Positions 12,701-25,862 of a DNA stretch of 64,000 nt are shown one piece after another (position 1 is the first letter of the stretch; each line of letters starts with the position of its first letter). The DNA comes from Microthyrium microscopicum (lineage: Eukaryota), in contig MU004230.1 of assembly GCA_010405405.1 (NCBI GenBank), positions 468,627 through 532,626 on the forward strand, given 5' to 3'. Position numbers and translations under genes: made by a program. Below the pieces are notes generated by a model. The model did no database searches. It had not been told where the DNA came from and saw only the letters and a program-made list of their open reading frames with translations.

Positions 12701-15700
12701 GTCTCACTATCGCTCCGTGCTGAAGGTCTTCGAGACGCCTCTTTATGCAAGCTGAAATACGATGGTGGACCTAGGTCGATCATCGGAGTCAAAGCCGGAG
12801 TGAGAGATGGAGAATGTGCGGATTGAAAGTCAAAAGAAGCAGATCGAGACGAGCCGGTAGACACAGCCCGTTGCATGGAAGATTGCTTGAGGAGATCTGG
12901 AACCGGAGGTTCGCTTCCGGTGACGTTGGCAGCACGCTTTTGACGTCCAACAATACCCATTCGAGACAAACCAAAGTCGGTGAGTTTGATATGGCCATTT
13001 TGATCGATCAAAAAGTTGTCGGGCTTGAGGTCTCGGTGAACAATTCCACGGCCGTGAATATGCTCTACTCCAAGAACAACTTCTGCAATATATCTCTTCG
13101 CCCAGTCTTCAGGTAACGCGCCAAGAGACTTGAGCAAGGCCGCACAGTCACCGCCATTCAGGTATTCCATGACAAGAAAGAGATGATGTTGGTTAGAAAA
13201 TGTCCAGTATAGCTTGGCAACAAAGTCGCTTTCGCCTTGCCACATCATGATAGCCCGCTCGGCTTTGACGTTGGTGATTTGGTTCTTAGCAATCATGTCG
13301 GCTTTTTTCAAGGCTTTGATTGCAAAGTACTCGCCAGTCGTCTTCTTTTTGGCCAAGAACACGCTACCAAAAGCGCCTTTGCTGATGGGTTTAATCATGT
13401 CAAAATCTTTGATCGCAACCTGTGCAGGTCTTGGTGGTGGATTGCTGGAAACAGGGGCAGGCCGAGGAGAAGTAGGCCGTCCTTCTAGAATCTGAGACGA
13501 AGCTGCGGAGGATTGACGTCGATGAAGTTGTTGCAAATGGGCCGTGCTGGATGCTGGGGAAGAAAACTCGTTATGAAGCATTACCGGCGAGGTCAACGGA
13601 GACTTTGAGCTTTCTGCTCCGCTCGGTACTCGATTCTTTGTCATTCTCAAGGGAGACGAAGGCGGTGGCATGCTTCTAGCAGGAGAATGTTGTCGACCAG
13701 TCTTAACGCTCGGCAAAATCAAACTTCGTCGTTTGCGTTCACGAGAAGACGCAACCCGAGACAGACTCAAATCGGAAGCGGGAGAATCCGATCTGCCGGG
13801 TCTCATAGCAGCGGATAACACGCTGCTATCACTGTCTGCACCCGTATCAGATTCAAGATGCATAGAAGCACGTTTACTGAATGCTATAGGCGCCGCTATG
13901 CTCAATCGAGACCGCGGTGTCCTTGATCCTCTAGGACTGGAGGATCTCGTAGAATTTGCGGTAGATGGAGGATCGGGTAACGATACATTTGATTGCGCAT
14001 CCAAGTGTCGCAATGCTAAAGACATTGCTGAGCCTGACTCAAGTGAACACGGGAAAATAGTGTCCTCTGACGGGAGAGAATCAGTCGCTGGAATGGGTTG
14101 CTTTTCGGGATCCAAAGCGTCCAGTTCATCCAAGTCATGTAACGATTGAGCCAAATCATCAAGCTGCTCCTCCTCTCGCTCATCCTCGGTAGAGTCACTA
14201 AGTTCACCAGCTGCAATTCTTGCAGCTTTGTCAACCGCTGCCTCAATACATTCTTGAACCAAAACTTCGAATTCAGCACGAAGTCGCTCCGAAAACTCTA
14301 GCACGCCGCGATATCGCATAACAGCGTCAACTTTGATCTTTGCGAGTTTCGCAGTGTCTTCGCAGAGAGCTGCTAGCCCTTGTTCTTGCTCCACTGTATT
14401 CATAGAAGGCGACTGCCATTGCATAACCTGGGAGAGGCGATTTTCGGATCCTGGACTTTGAGTACGAATTTCCCCATCGGTCTGGCCTGGGATATCCTTG
14501 ACAGCTGGCATGGTAATCTCTACGGCAGTATCACAAAGATCCAAGACGAGTTCAACGATCCGAGGAATTGGTCTTCTCACGGCAAAAGACCGAGCTCTAT
14601 GATGACCAAATCCAGTGGAAGGACGTTCGCGTGATCGTGCCGGCGGGGAGGAAGGTGAAGAACGTCCAGATAGGCTGGTGGATGGAGTTTGAGTAGTTCC
14701 AATGACCATTCCCTTGTACTCAGGAAGAGCCGATGCATTGTTCGAATCAATTGACGTTGCGCGCGGCTGTCGAATCTGAGCTTCCAAGGCATCCAGAACC
14801 TTGACAATATTTTTGCGATGATCGGTAAGACTTTCTTGAGCAAATTGAACGTCGCGTTCTGCGGTATGTTCTTGAAGGCATAATTCTGTATGTTTTTCAA
14901 ACCACCAACAGGTGATGTATCTCTCGCAAATACGGCATAGAACAGGAGGCGGGCGCGGATATGAGTTGGCGTCTGTCACCCCTTCTTCGGCCAGGGTGGT
15001 AAGATAGCGGGCCAGAATTTCCGCTCCAACGCCCAAGGACTCGACGAGATAGTCTGGAAGATCGATTGTGACCTCGCGGACCACATATGGTTTAAGCATC
15101 CACATGGTCTAGGCGTGGTTAGCTTAAGAGACGGCAATTGATCATTGGAACACTTACATGAGACTCCTCGCCGGTACTTCGGTCGTAGACCATTATACCT
15201 TGTCCTTCCAAGTCAATTTTCAAATCACCAATTGGAGAATCCATTTCATCCACGGCACTATCAATTAACGCGTCTTTTTTGGCGTGCTTCCGTCGTTTCG
15301 CAGCCAGTGGACCCATCATAAGAGAAAATCGAACATTTTGAGATCTTGCATCATCTTTTCGAACGGCTTCGGAAGCCTTTGAAAACACATCATTCTCAGA
15401 GACCAGCAAGTCGGCAATTGGCTTTCCAACGACAGTCTCTGGAGCTGTTCCAACCACTTCCACCCACGAAGGACTGACAAAACGAATGATGCCATCCAGT
15501 GACAGATCCACCACCACAGTCAGAGTGAATTCCGCCGCCTCTTTCAAATCTTCGCGCTCTTCTCTAATATCCTCGCTCAGTGTTCGCTCCATCGCTGTTC
15601 TTGTCATACCCACACCGGGGCCTTGCTGTCTCAAAGCGGCAACAGCAGGTGGATGAGCGGGTGTAACATGGTTGATGTCGATGCTGGGTTGAGAGTCTGC

Positions 15701-15703
15701 CAT
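9787..15703 (-). CDS. RIM15: Rim15/Cek1 Ser/Thr kinase with N-terminal PAS, C2HC finger, split kinase domain and C-terminal receiver domain
   Basis: PAS exon 15158-15703, intron 15109-15157, CRICE...HTELC finger, KPISKGAFGSVF, HRDLKPDN, DFGLS...long insert...FVGTPDYLAPE, and a REC domain (LICEDHPVSR). Confidence 0.93.
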
Positions 15704-18700
15704 TTTGGCCCATAAGACGACTTAAAAAACGCGTCTATACTAGGTCCGCCTATGGCAGACACAGCGTGACTATGCAGAGGAGGAGACCAGCATGGTGAGG
15801 GACGAGTAGGATGACGAGGCTAGTCACGCGGTATTTCGGGTCCAGGTGATGGCCGAGTCGCCAGATGTTCGCATGCGGCTATTATGGAGGTGGAAGAGGA
15901 GAGAGCGTTGGTGGTTATGGAGGAAGAGCGAGTGGACGGCGCCGGACCTATGCAAGGACCATGGCGGAGAAGGAAGCAATTGGGAGCAGAAGGAAGGTGG
16001 ATTAAAAGATTACAGAGTACAAGCACAATGGAGTTAGGTAAGCAATTGGAGGAATCAGGGCAATTGAGGAGATTGAATTGCAACAAATATAGAGAGTATG
16101 GGGAAGTATAGCAAAAAGACTAGGAAGGAGAAAAGAAGATGGGAGTCGTGAGGGGTTCTCGACTGTTAGAGTAGAGTGTAGAGGCTTGGGAGTAGTCAGG
16201 ATAGAACGGGTTGAGATGAATGGCCAGCGAGCCAGTAGCGAATGCATCAGCCGCCCACAGACCCTCTTCAAGTCTCTCTCTTTTTTTTTTGCTTAGGCTC
16301 TTTTGGCTCGTTTGGATCTTTTGGCGGCAGCTTTCTCAGCACAAAACCCACCTCATACGCCGGGGCCACTTTCTTGTGTCGTTTCTTTACCAGACTTTAC
16401 CAGGAAGAGCCAAGACCATCACGGCCGAGCGGACAGGGGCACCCACACTTCAAACCTGGCAAGAGCCACTGGACCATGTCAGCCGTAGTTCCTGCCATGA
16501 TTGGTTACAAGTAGGTAGTCGCGCCTGCTTTAGCTCTACTAGCGGCATAAACACCTCACGTGTACACGCTTTCTTTTGGAAGCTGCGAGAGATGGCTCTT
16601 CATGAACTTGCAAGAAATGCGATTGTTCTTGACCACATCTCTACAATACATTTTGATATTCATATTTTTCCAGCAATGTCTGTCTGTTGGTATTTTGGAA
16701 GTCTCCCGTTAATCTAAAACGACTTGAAAATACGATCAATGAATAAACAATCCCCACCTTGGCTCTTACTGGCCCTGCCTAAACGTTTTGAAAAGCTTCC
16801 CCATTTTTTCCTATCAGATGCTCAGCATTCCCGTCATGTCGTGAAAGGCAAAGTTTATAAAAAAACAGCCTTCCAATAATTACTGATCGTCCCATGAAAT
16901 CATACATCAGCAGACCCCCAACCCATTATACATCTCCATCAGCCTCAAAATTCCTGAGCGAGTTTCATCTTCTACCACAATAATTCTGCTGCTCACGCGT
17001 CACATCCCCACGTTGGACCTTCCATGGCACAACCCAACGCATGGCTCGTCTTGATACCAAGCACTTTGCAAACATGTCGTAGCACCCATTTGTGCCATTT
17101 CTCCTCTCTTCCGATAAACACATGTCCTCAGTTGCTACTATTTAACCCATATATTGAATCTTTTAAACAAATCCAATCTGTTGCCCTTGACATTATCTCT
17201 CCTCTACCGTGTTCAACCAAACCCAACAAAATCATCCCTTGCATATCGCTTCCATGCAACATCTAACCCCCCAGCCAAAGAACCATTCCATTCATCAACA
17301 ACACTCCCCTGCCATGATCCACCAAAACTATTCCCATCCTCGCATCTCATCCATGAACCCGGCCATTTACCCTGTCTTGCTCGTCCCCAAAACAACAAAA
17401 TAAAATACAACCCTATCCGTTGTTTAAAACCCCATTGTTTTGGTAGCTTACCCGTAAACAACACCCATCTTTCGTTGCCTGCGCAAAATCAGCGGGAATT
17501 CCGCAACCATGCTACCCATCACCAACTTTCCCCTGCCTGTGAGCCTGCACATCAACATGGTGTGTCCAGACTGGCGGCAATTCTACTCAGATAGTTTCTC
17601 TTCTCCCTATCCTATCCTGCGCGGAAACGAGGATACAAGCGCTGATATACCATACCATACCTCTACTCTCCCCACCCGCTGAGGGACCTTGGGGACCTTA
17701 ATGAGGACGGGCTGACATTTCCATGAAAATCACATACAGTCTTCCAAAAAACAACCCTTACCTCGGCCTTAACCTAATACCAACAAACCTCAAATCGTAC
17801 ACAAACTGTTCAGCTACTCCAACCGCCACATGGACAAGTACCATACCATACCGTAATGCAGACACCCACACCCACATGCGCGGGGCGTACATACATACAC
17901 ACATATATTACCTGTGTGAACAAATGTACAGCATTATATGCACATCGCCCCGATGAATCCAGTAATATTTTCGCCCTATGAACCACCGCTGTTGTGCGAC
18001 TACTGCAAGATTTGTGCAAGGGCGATGTTTTGAACACCACAACACCACCTTCAACATCCACCACCTAATAAGTTATGGGCACAACCTACACGTTGTGTTC
18101 GGCGAATGGTTGAATTTGCTAATGGCGAGAGTGATGCTGTGCTTGCTAGACCTAGTGTATCAAAAAGCTGATGACATGGAACATCGAGATGGGTGACGTT
18201 GGTGTGTTATGAAAAAACTAGCCCTGTGGGAGCGTTATTGGGTGGTGGGTTCGCCTTGTACGTGGACTGGATTGTATTTATATAGGGGGGTGTTGTTGAT
18301 CTTGCGTGGGCTTTTGAGGGCTTTGCGTATATTGATAGATAGATCCGATATTCGTAGTTGTGTGGCGTGTTCGTCATATTGATTTGGGATTCTTGCTTGA
18401 TATGGGCTTGTTATGGTTTTATGGCAAGTGGTGGGTATAGCAGGGGAAGGTGTAGATGGATATTGGGCTTGGCCTGAGATATAGCTTTGCATCCTATATT
18501 GGAGGTGCTGCGCTTGTAGCCTATTTACAATGACTCGCTCATAAGGCTGAGATACTTCCAGAGGACCCTAAGAGGTAATTCGAGATAGCAATGCTACTTT
18601 ATTCAGATATCATATAGAACAAGAAGAGCTTATGTCATTAAAAGCGCTACAAAGCCATATGTCAACATCTCCCACATCAATCATATATCATCAAATCAAT

Positions 18701-18765
18701 CACATCGTCCCCGATGCCCATATATCAGTATCACCTTCATTCTCTCTTCATAAACAACGACTCCT

Positions 18766-21436
18766 TTATTCCACCCTCTTAACCACCCGTCCATAGTTTC
18801 CTGGAAACAGCCCACTCGCTCCCGCATAAACACCCCAAAGCCAATCTCCATTAATATCCTCCGCCTCCTTAATCTCCGCACCTTTAGGAAACATCAACTC
18901 ATCCCCGACCCCATCCGCCGGAAAATACCCCCAATAGCTCACCAACCTTAGCCCCACGCCTCCATCTGGCGGCATACGTTCCAATGCTTCCGCATTGCTT
19001 GGCGCGTTCGTGTGGCGATGTACCGTGCCATCATGATCTGTCCAAGACCACATGACTTCGTCTTCACGTAATGCGTTTCCGCCGACTAGATCGCGGACCA
19101 CGATGCGCTTTTGACCGCCTGCTCGGTCTTCGAAACCGAGGACGACCATTCGGTGGCCTTGGAGACAGCGGCGCCAGCGGGCGGGGCCGTGGGATAGTGG
19201 GAGATGGCCGGATTTTACGAGGGAGGAGTAGCAGTTTGTGTGCATGTCGTAGTTGCCTCCGTTGCAGGTTGGGCAGTGGAAGCGGGTGTTGGAGGGTGAG
19301 ATGGGGTATTTGCATATGTCGCACTCGGTGTTGTTGGAGTGCGGGATTAGGAGGGAGGCTGGGCCGGAGGATTGGTCCAGACCGGGGGACTGGGGAGGGG
19401 ATGTTGGTGGTGAGGTTAGAGAAAGGGGGGAGTAGTGGAGGGAGAGGAGTGGATGGGTGCAGTGTCGTCCTTGATTGACGCAGGCGTTGCAAAATCCCCA
19501 TTCGCCTTCGTTGCAGAGGTCGCAGAGCCAGTACCAGTCGTTGGCAAAGGCGCTGCACATGTCGCAGAAGACGCCAGATTGGAGGCGAGATTTTGGATCG
19601 CGGAGTGATAGAGCCCCTGATGTTGTTGAAGGAGGCGCTTCGGTGAGTCGGAGGTACCTGTTCGCTGTCAAGACATGTGGGAAGCCTTCTGCTTGTGGAT
19701 ATCCTGTTGCTGGTTTCTGTCTTTCGTACTTTTCCATGGCTGCCCAGCCAAAGCCGAACCAGTGTAAGCATCCTTCACCTTTGCGATAACATCGTTGACA
19801 GAGGCTATACCCACTGGAGTCGCATTTTGTGCAGACGTAATGTATCTCATACTCGATGTGTGCTCTCTTACAACGATTACATGAGATGGACGGCTCAGTG
19901 AAGATTGGCGAGGAAGCTTGATTAATGGGAGAGTCAACCATAGCTCTTGATGACGGAGAATCGATCTCGGTCCTCCTAATAGTTTGTCGATCCAGAGGGA
20001 ACGTCCCAGCATTAAGACGTGGTGAAATTTGTGTCGGCGCGGTTGCTATTGTCGGTCCCTCTGATTCAGAGCGAATTGGTATAGCTGGTAGCTCGACTGC
20101 ATTTGGCGTTGTAGGACTGGTTGCAATGGGGTCAGTGACTAATCTAGTAACGGGGTCTGTAGTTCTTCGTAATGTTCCCGCAGGTCGACTGTCAGCGGGA
20201 AGCTCTACGGCTTCCACAGTCGCTCGCTCTTCGGTCCGCGGCGGTTGAGTAGATAATGATCTAGCAGCTGGTCTATCGTCGGGTTCTTGATTTGTCGAGT
20301 CGCCAGCGCTTGAGGAACGATGTCGACTCGTAGCTCGATGTCTACTTGGTGCTGCAAGATGCGTTGCGGTGACCTCTGTGCTGGTCATCGCATGAGGCGT
20401 CTCTGATGATGGTTGGACTCGTCGTGGCGAAGGCGGTCCCTGGGTTCGTGATTCAGGTCTTTGTCTACTACTTTGACGACTGCCTTGCCGAGATCTCTGA
20501 GTACTTTGTCGAGAGGAGCGCTCTCGTGCCCCTTGTGCAGACCTCTCCCTCTGTCGTCGTTCTCTTCTTTGTTCTTCTCGTCGTTGCCGATATGCTGCTG
20601 CTATTCTCTCGCTCAGCTCATCTTCTTGCTCCGGCGTGAGATTGTTCATATCAATCCCATTAAGAATGCCATCTTCTACAATGTGTCTCATAATCTCCTC
20701 TTCAACATCGTGTTCCGAAACACTCAGCAGCGATCGCAAACTTGACTGATGTTCTACCGTTCGATCTGGCGTTATTTGAGCAGCCTCCACTCGCGGTGAG
20801 ACCCTCCCTCTGTGTCGTGAATCATTGGTGTGAATATACATCCCAACCTGACGAGGCTCTGCCCGCAAACTCGTTCCATCCGAAGTCCTTCTTTCCCTAC
20901 TTCGTTCAGGTCTTAATCTCCCACCCTCCTCTCTCGCCGGCGCATTTGTAATGCCCGCCTCTTCCAAACTCAGCGCCATAACGGCATTCAAATCCCTCTG
21001 GTCAGCCTCATCACTTCTATGCCTATGTTTCCTCCTTAACTTCGGCAGCACATTATCACCAGGCTTATACATCCTGTCCGCCTCTTTCCGTTCCTCCTCC
21101 GGCCTCACTTTCCCAGGATTCGCCTGCAAAAACATATCCAACAAAGTCGACACTGTCGCATTGTGTTTGGTACCGCGCACCGACGCCCGACATGCTGGAC
21201 AAGTATATGGATGAATGCTGCTTGCGCGGGACGCTTGAGAGAGGAACCATTCCTTAAGACAGGCTCCGCAGAAGGTATGTAGGCAGTCGAGAAGGGTGAG
21301 AGGTTGATAGAGGACGTCGGTACATATCTGCAAAAGCGGTCAGTCTAGTTTGGGCAACTCGCGATGCGGCTGAACTCACGGAGCAAGCTAGCTCTTTCTC
21401 AAGGTCTATTTGACCTGTTGGTTGGCCGTCTGGCAT
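18766..21436 (-). CDS. RING-finger E3 ligase-like protein with ZZ-type zinc fingers and C-terminal SH3
   Basis: Exon 1 ...ELACS spliced (intron ~21329-21379) to ICTDVLYQPLTLLDCLHTFCGAC...CPACR (RING). Three Cys clusters (CNRC..CTKC..CQRC; CDMC..CDLC..CNAC; CDIC..CPTC). SH3-like ELMFPKGAEI...DWLWGVYAGASGLFPGNY. Confidence 0.85.
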
Positions 21437-22374
21437 GGCGGAAGGTTGTCATACACGAGCATCAAGCAGAGAAGATTAAGGATGCTATGAGATATGACGG
21501 AGAGAGTCTCAGGCAGTTTGAAAAGTGACGTGGAATTTCGTAGGACAGGTAATAGGTCACGGTTGGATTAGCCGCAGCAACGCATGCAGCTGCAAGAACT
21601 ATTGTTTCTATTTTGTGCAGAGTTGTTGGCCGCCTTTCCAATGCCAGAGGTCAACCATTCGTCAGCTTCAGTTGGTCTATTCGATAAGCAAGGCTTTCTT
21701 GCTTCACTCAGGTAGCGAGGATGAAAAGACTGGAACGTTGTGGAAAGAGGCAAAATGAACCATGGAGCTTTGAAGGAGAAGATGCCCGCGGATTTTTCGT
21801 TGTTGCGGGGTTTATGCTTCAGGGCAACTAGCCTCATGAGAGGTTGGAAGTCTTGTACAAAGTGTGGTATATTTTATCTTGAGGCCGTTTGTGTGAGTAG
21901 TTCCTCCATCAGACGGGTCAATAAAGATATCAATGAAGGAAGAGATCTTAGACTTTCAAAGAGTACGTCCTAAGAAAGGAGGTCGCTTCTCGAAATAGCT
22001 CTCCAAGTTCTGACAAGATGGCATAAGCAGGGAAATGTTTGCAAGTACTATCTAACTGTACGCCTTAGATTTAGAAGGTACCGTTAGCGAAAAAGACCGC
22101 AATGAGATTCTCTCTAGGCATCTGTAAATGACCAAAGAGCTATGAGAGTAAAAATAAGCGTCTTTGGGGATAAGGATTGATGCCATGAAGAGAGAAAGTC
22201 GGATCAATTTGCACTGGCAGAAATTTTGGGTGATGCTGTCTGCCAAGACCTTCACTTTTGGCTGACTCAGCACTTTACTTCCTCATCCACCTAAAGTTTG
22301 AGATCCTTCTTGACTTGAACCCATTCTACTTTTACACCAACCCTCCACTGCTCACACCATATCAACACTCCAAG

Positions 22375-23115
22375 ATGACGACAGCACATAGACCTACCTT
22401 TGACCCAGTAAGCTAGCCCATATTTCTCTCCGCTGAATCTCTCTAACAAACTCAGGCACGCGGCAAAGAAGCAAAGCGCGGACCGGCCTACCATCAACGT
22501 CTCCTCCCAGCCCACACCTCCCTCAAACTACGTCAACCAGGCCAAGGAGGCAGCGCCGAAGCCGAAAAACGCGACCTCCGCGCCGAACTCCTCAAAGCCG
22601 AAGCAACATACAACGCCAAAAAGGCCGGCATCACCCTACCAGAAGACTCAGCCGAGTCCAGCATACCCGCCAAGCGCCAACTAGAAGACAGCACAGAGGA
22701 GGAGGAAGATGCAGAAGCGAAGCGGCGGCGACTGATATTAGAAGAGGCGCAAGACCTGGATGCTGACTCGGAAGGCTCAAGCGATGAGAGTAGCGATGAA
22801 GATGAGGACGATGAAGAGGATGAGGAGGAACAGCTTATGCGCGAGTTAGAGAAAGTGCGGCGTGAGAGAGCGGAGCAGAAGGCGAAAGAGGAAGCGGAGA
22901 AGACTGAGCAGGAGCAGGAGCAGCGTGAGTTTGATATTGCGAGGGGAAATCCGTTGCTCAATTCAAAGGACTTTAATGTTCAGCGGAGATGGGATGATGA
23001 TGTGGTGTTTAAGAATCAGGCGAGGGGAACGGAGGATAAGAAGTCGAAGGAGTTTGTCAATGATCTTTTGCGATCGGACTTTCATAAACGATTTATGGGT
23101 AGATATGTTCGTTGA
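22375..23115 (+). CDS. CWC15: Pre-mRNA splicing factor Cwc15/Cwf15
   Basis: [11 protein letters not shown], intron 22408-22455, acidic middle region, C-terminal [15 protein letters not shown]...[20 protein letters not shown]. Confidence 0.95.
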
Positions 23116-23768
23116 GGAGAATAGTCGGACTACCTTACGGCGAACATAATGCTTGTGTGCTCACCATTAGATTCATATACGAGCTTCTGAATGCAATTTC
23201 AGCGCATGTTTCTTTATTCACATACTCCAAAAAGTGAAAAGTATCTTTGTGGCATTGTACCTGATCGTTGAATCTTGATTGCCTCTCGATACTAACGCCT
23301 TCTCTAATATGATATACTATTCGTGTCAACCAATCCCTACTACTAAGGGCCTTTATCGTGGTTGTCAGCCTTATGGGCCGTTTTTGTGACGCAATAGTGC
23401 AGTTGATGTAGATCAATCACGATTGACATCAGACATCTTACCCCTTTGAGCCGCCAAGCTCGCTCGTTAAACCTCTACATCCACATGGAAAGCTGCTTCC
23501 CCTGTTATCTCGTGAAAGCGACCCGTCTCCCAAGACTCTGGGGCCTGTTCCTCATAATATCATTGGGTTCACTTATCGGCTATCAGGACATTTCCCCACG
23601 TTTTAGTCTTGTCGTGGGATCAATGTCTGGGGATAGGAAAGGCATATATATGGCATTCTAGATCAATGAAAAAGCATTAGTTTAATATTTTACTGAATTG
23701 AAATCCGGTACAATAAATCCACATTACCAACAGCATATCATACCACACATTTTTCAACTATTACAATC

Positions 23769-24078
23769 ATGGATCAAAGTATCTCAAACACCAAGTACTC
23801 AGAAGGAGCCAAGTATGAAGGCGGAGCTGCTGGTGGAGCAGGATTTGGCAACAAGGCGACTGACAGCTTCAGTAAAGAAGGTAATTATCCTGTACCTCTC
23901 CTAACTTCTGTTCCCATATACTAAATCTCGCGCAGATTCACATATCGGAAAGATCATGGAGAAGGTTGGCAATGTCACTCACTCCAAGCACTTGGTGACA
24001 CATGGACAAGAGAGACGGTCTTCGGCAGGACATACTTTTGAAGGGGAAGAAAAGTTGGAGAAACCTACCTCCAACTAA
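23769..24078 (+). CDS. Small hydrophilic hypothetical protein (84 aa), two exons, absent from the ORF track
   Basis: ATG 23769; intron 23881-23935 (GTAATT...CTAAC/CTAAA...CAG) restores the frame: MDQSISNTKYSEGAKYEGGAAGGAGFGNKATDSFSKEDSHIGKIMEKVGNVTHSKHLVTHGQERRSSAGHTFEGEEKLEKPTSN*. Confidence 0.7.
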
Positions 24079-24833
24079 ACACCAATACGTGGAAAGTACC
24101 TGTATTAGTATTGTATTTCGAAAACCTCTTTGTAGGCGAAATTAATGGCTGCAGATGATTGACGACCACAAACATGGGCATGTTGCTCTTTTCGAGGAAA
24201 AATTGCTGTGACGTCAGTCGTAATTTTTGTGATTTCACTTTTTGCGTCGTTGAACAATAACGCGAATTTGGAATGAGGCTCGCAATACCCCGTAATTCTA
24301 CCGAAATCAACATACGCCGCAATCAATATTTCAATATTTCAGATTGTAAGTTAGTGATCTCCGAGGCATCCGAACTTGGGCCTGATACGATTGTACGATT
24401 GACAAGCAACTCAAATACCGCCCTAGCTGAAGCTCCAAAGCAACCCCACTTCATTGGCTGGCAGGAGCTGTTTACCATGCAGTAGACCAATTCCAAATTC
24501 CAAACACCACCTGTTTCTATCACGGAACGATTACTCAGAACTTGTCAACAACCGAATTCATCTCGCCGAGTCCCGCTTCATCATACGAGCTGTCATTTCA
24601 CAATTGAGCCTTGAAATCGAGGAATATAAAGACTAGCTGATCTTCTGCAATCCATACATCACCACTTCCAACCACATCTCTCCACTATCAGCTGTATCAG
24701 CTGCTAGCTCCATCTTCAATCATCACTTCCATAAAGCTCCAAGTCTCCCTGTCCATTTCCCAAGCCTCAAGCTTCTTACAACTCAACAACACCAACCACC
24801 TAAACCATCTTCCACAACCAAAATTCATACACA

Positions 24834-25729
24834 ATGTCGCCTCTAAGCCCCACCAACCCCGAAGAGGTAATGGTGATTCGCAAAATCAACCAATTCATCA
24901 CAACCCTCTCCCTCCCATTCTACCGCTTCGGCCGCATACGAGTCGGAGGACGTGGCACCCTCGGTAAGACCCTTACTACCAATCCCCTTCATCTCCCACA
25001 TACTAACAAACCCCGTCAGTACGTCTCTCCAGCGGTGGCGTAGCAGTCTTCTCTCCCGTCGCCCTCACCCCCGCCGTCAAACAAGAGCTCGCCTCCATGG
25101 GTGAACTAAAATACATCGCCGCCCTCGACATCGAACACCATATATTCCTCGGTCCCTGGCACGAAGCCTTTCCCAACGCTAAGGTCCTTGGACCAGCTGG
25201 TCTTATCGAAAAACGCACCAAGCAGAATGACGCGGCTGTGCCTTTCTTTAAAGTTTTCGAGCCAAATGGACCTACGAGCGTCGATGCTGACTTTGATGCT
25301 GATTTCGAAGCGGAGTTTGTATATGGGCATATGAATAAAGAATTGGTGTTTCTACATAAGCCGAGCAAGACGCTCATTGAGGCGGATTTGATGTTTAATT
25401 TGCCGGCAACTGAGCAGTTTAGCAAGAGTGGCGAGGCTGCGGATCAGGGGTTCTTGACGAAGCAGTTCATCAAGTTGCAGAATACAAAGGGCGATGCGAC
25501 TGGGCAGAAGAGGACGATCTGGTATGGTACCAGTGCTGGAGATAGGCCGGCGTTCAACAAGAGTGTGGCGAGGGTTGCTGGGTGGGACTTTGATAAGATC
25601 GTGCCTTGTCATGGGGATGTGATTGAGACTGACGCAAAGAGTGTGTTTGAGAGGGTCTTTGGCTGGCATTTGGATGCCTTCAAGAAGGAGACGGCCGCGG
25701 CGGTTCCTGCAGCTACGAAGAGTACTTAG
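24834..25729 (+). CDS. DUF4336-type metallo-beta-lactamase-fold protein
   Basis: PFYRFGRIRVGGRGTL, intron 24964-25019, VRLSSGGVAVFSPVALT...YIAALDIEHH...ELVFLHKPSKTLIEADLMFN...WDFDKIVPCHGDVIE. Confidence 0.82.
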
Positions 25730-25862
25730 TTTTCTTGAGATTGGAGGATTTGGGAGTACGCTTTTGTTATATGCTTGATACACATTGTGGGATAATTCTT
25801 AATTTTAGCTGGTAATTTTGTAAGTATGTAATATTACGCAATTCATGATATACTGATCATAA

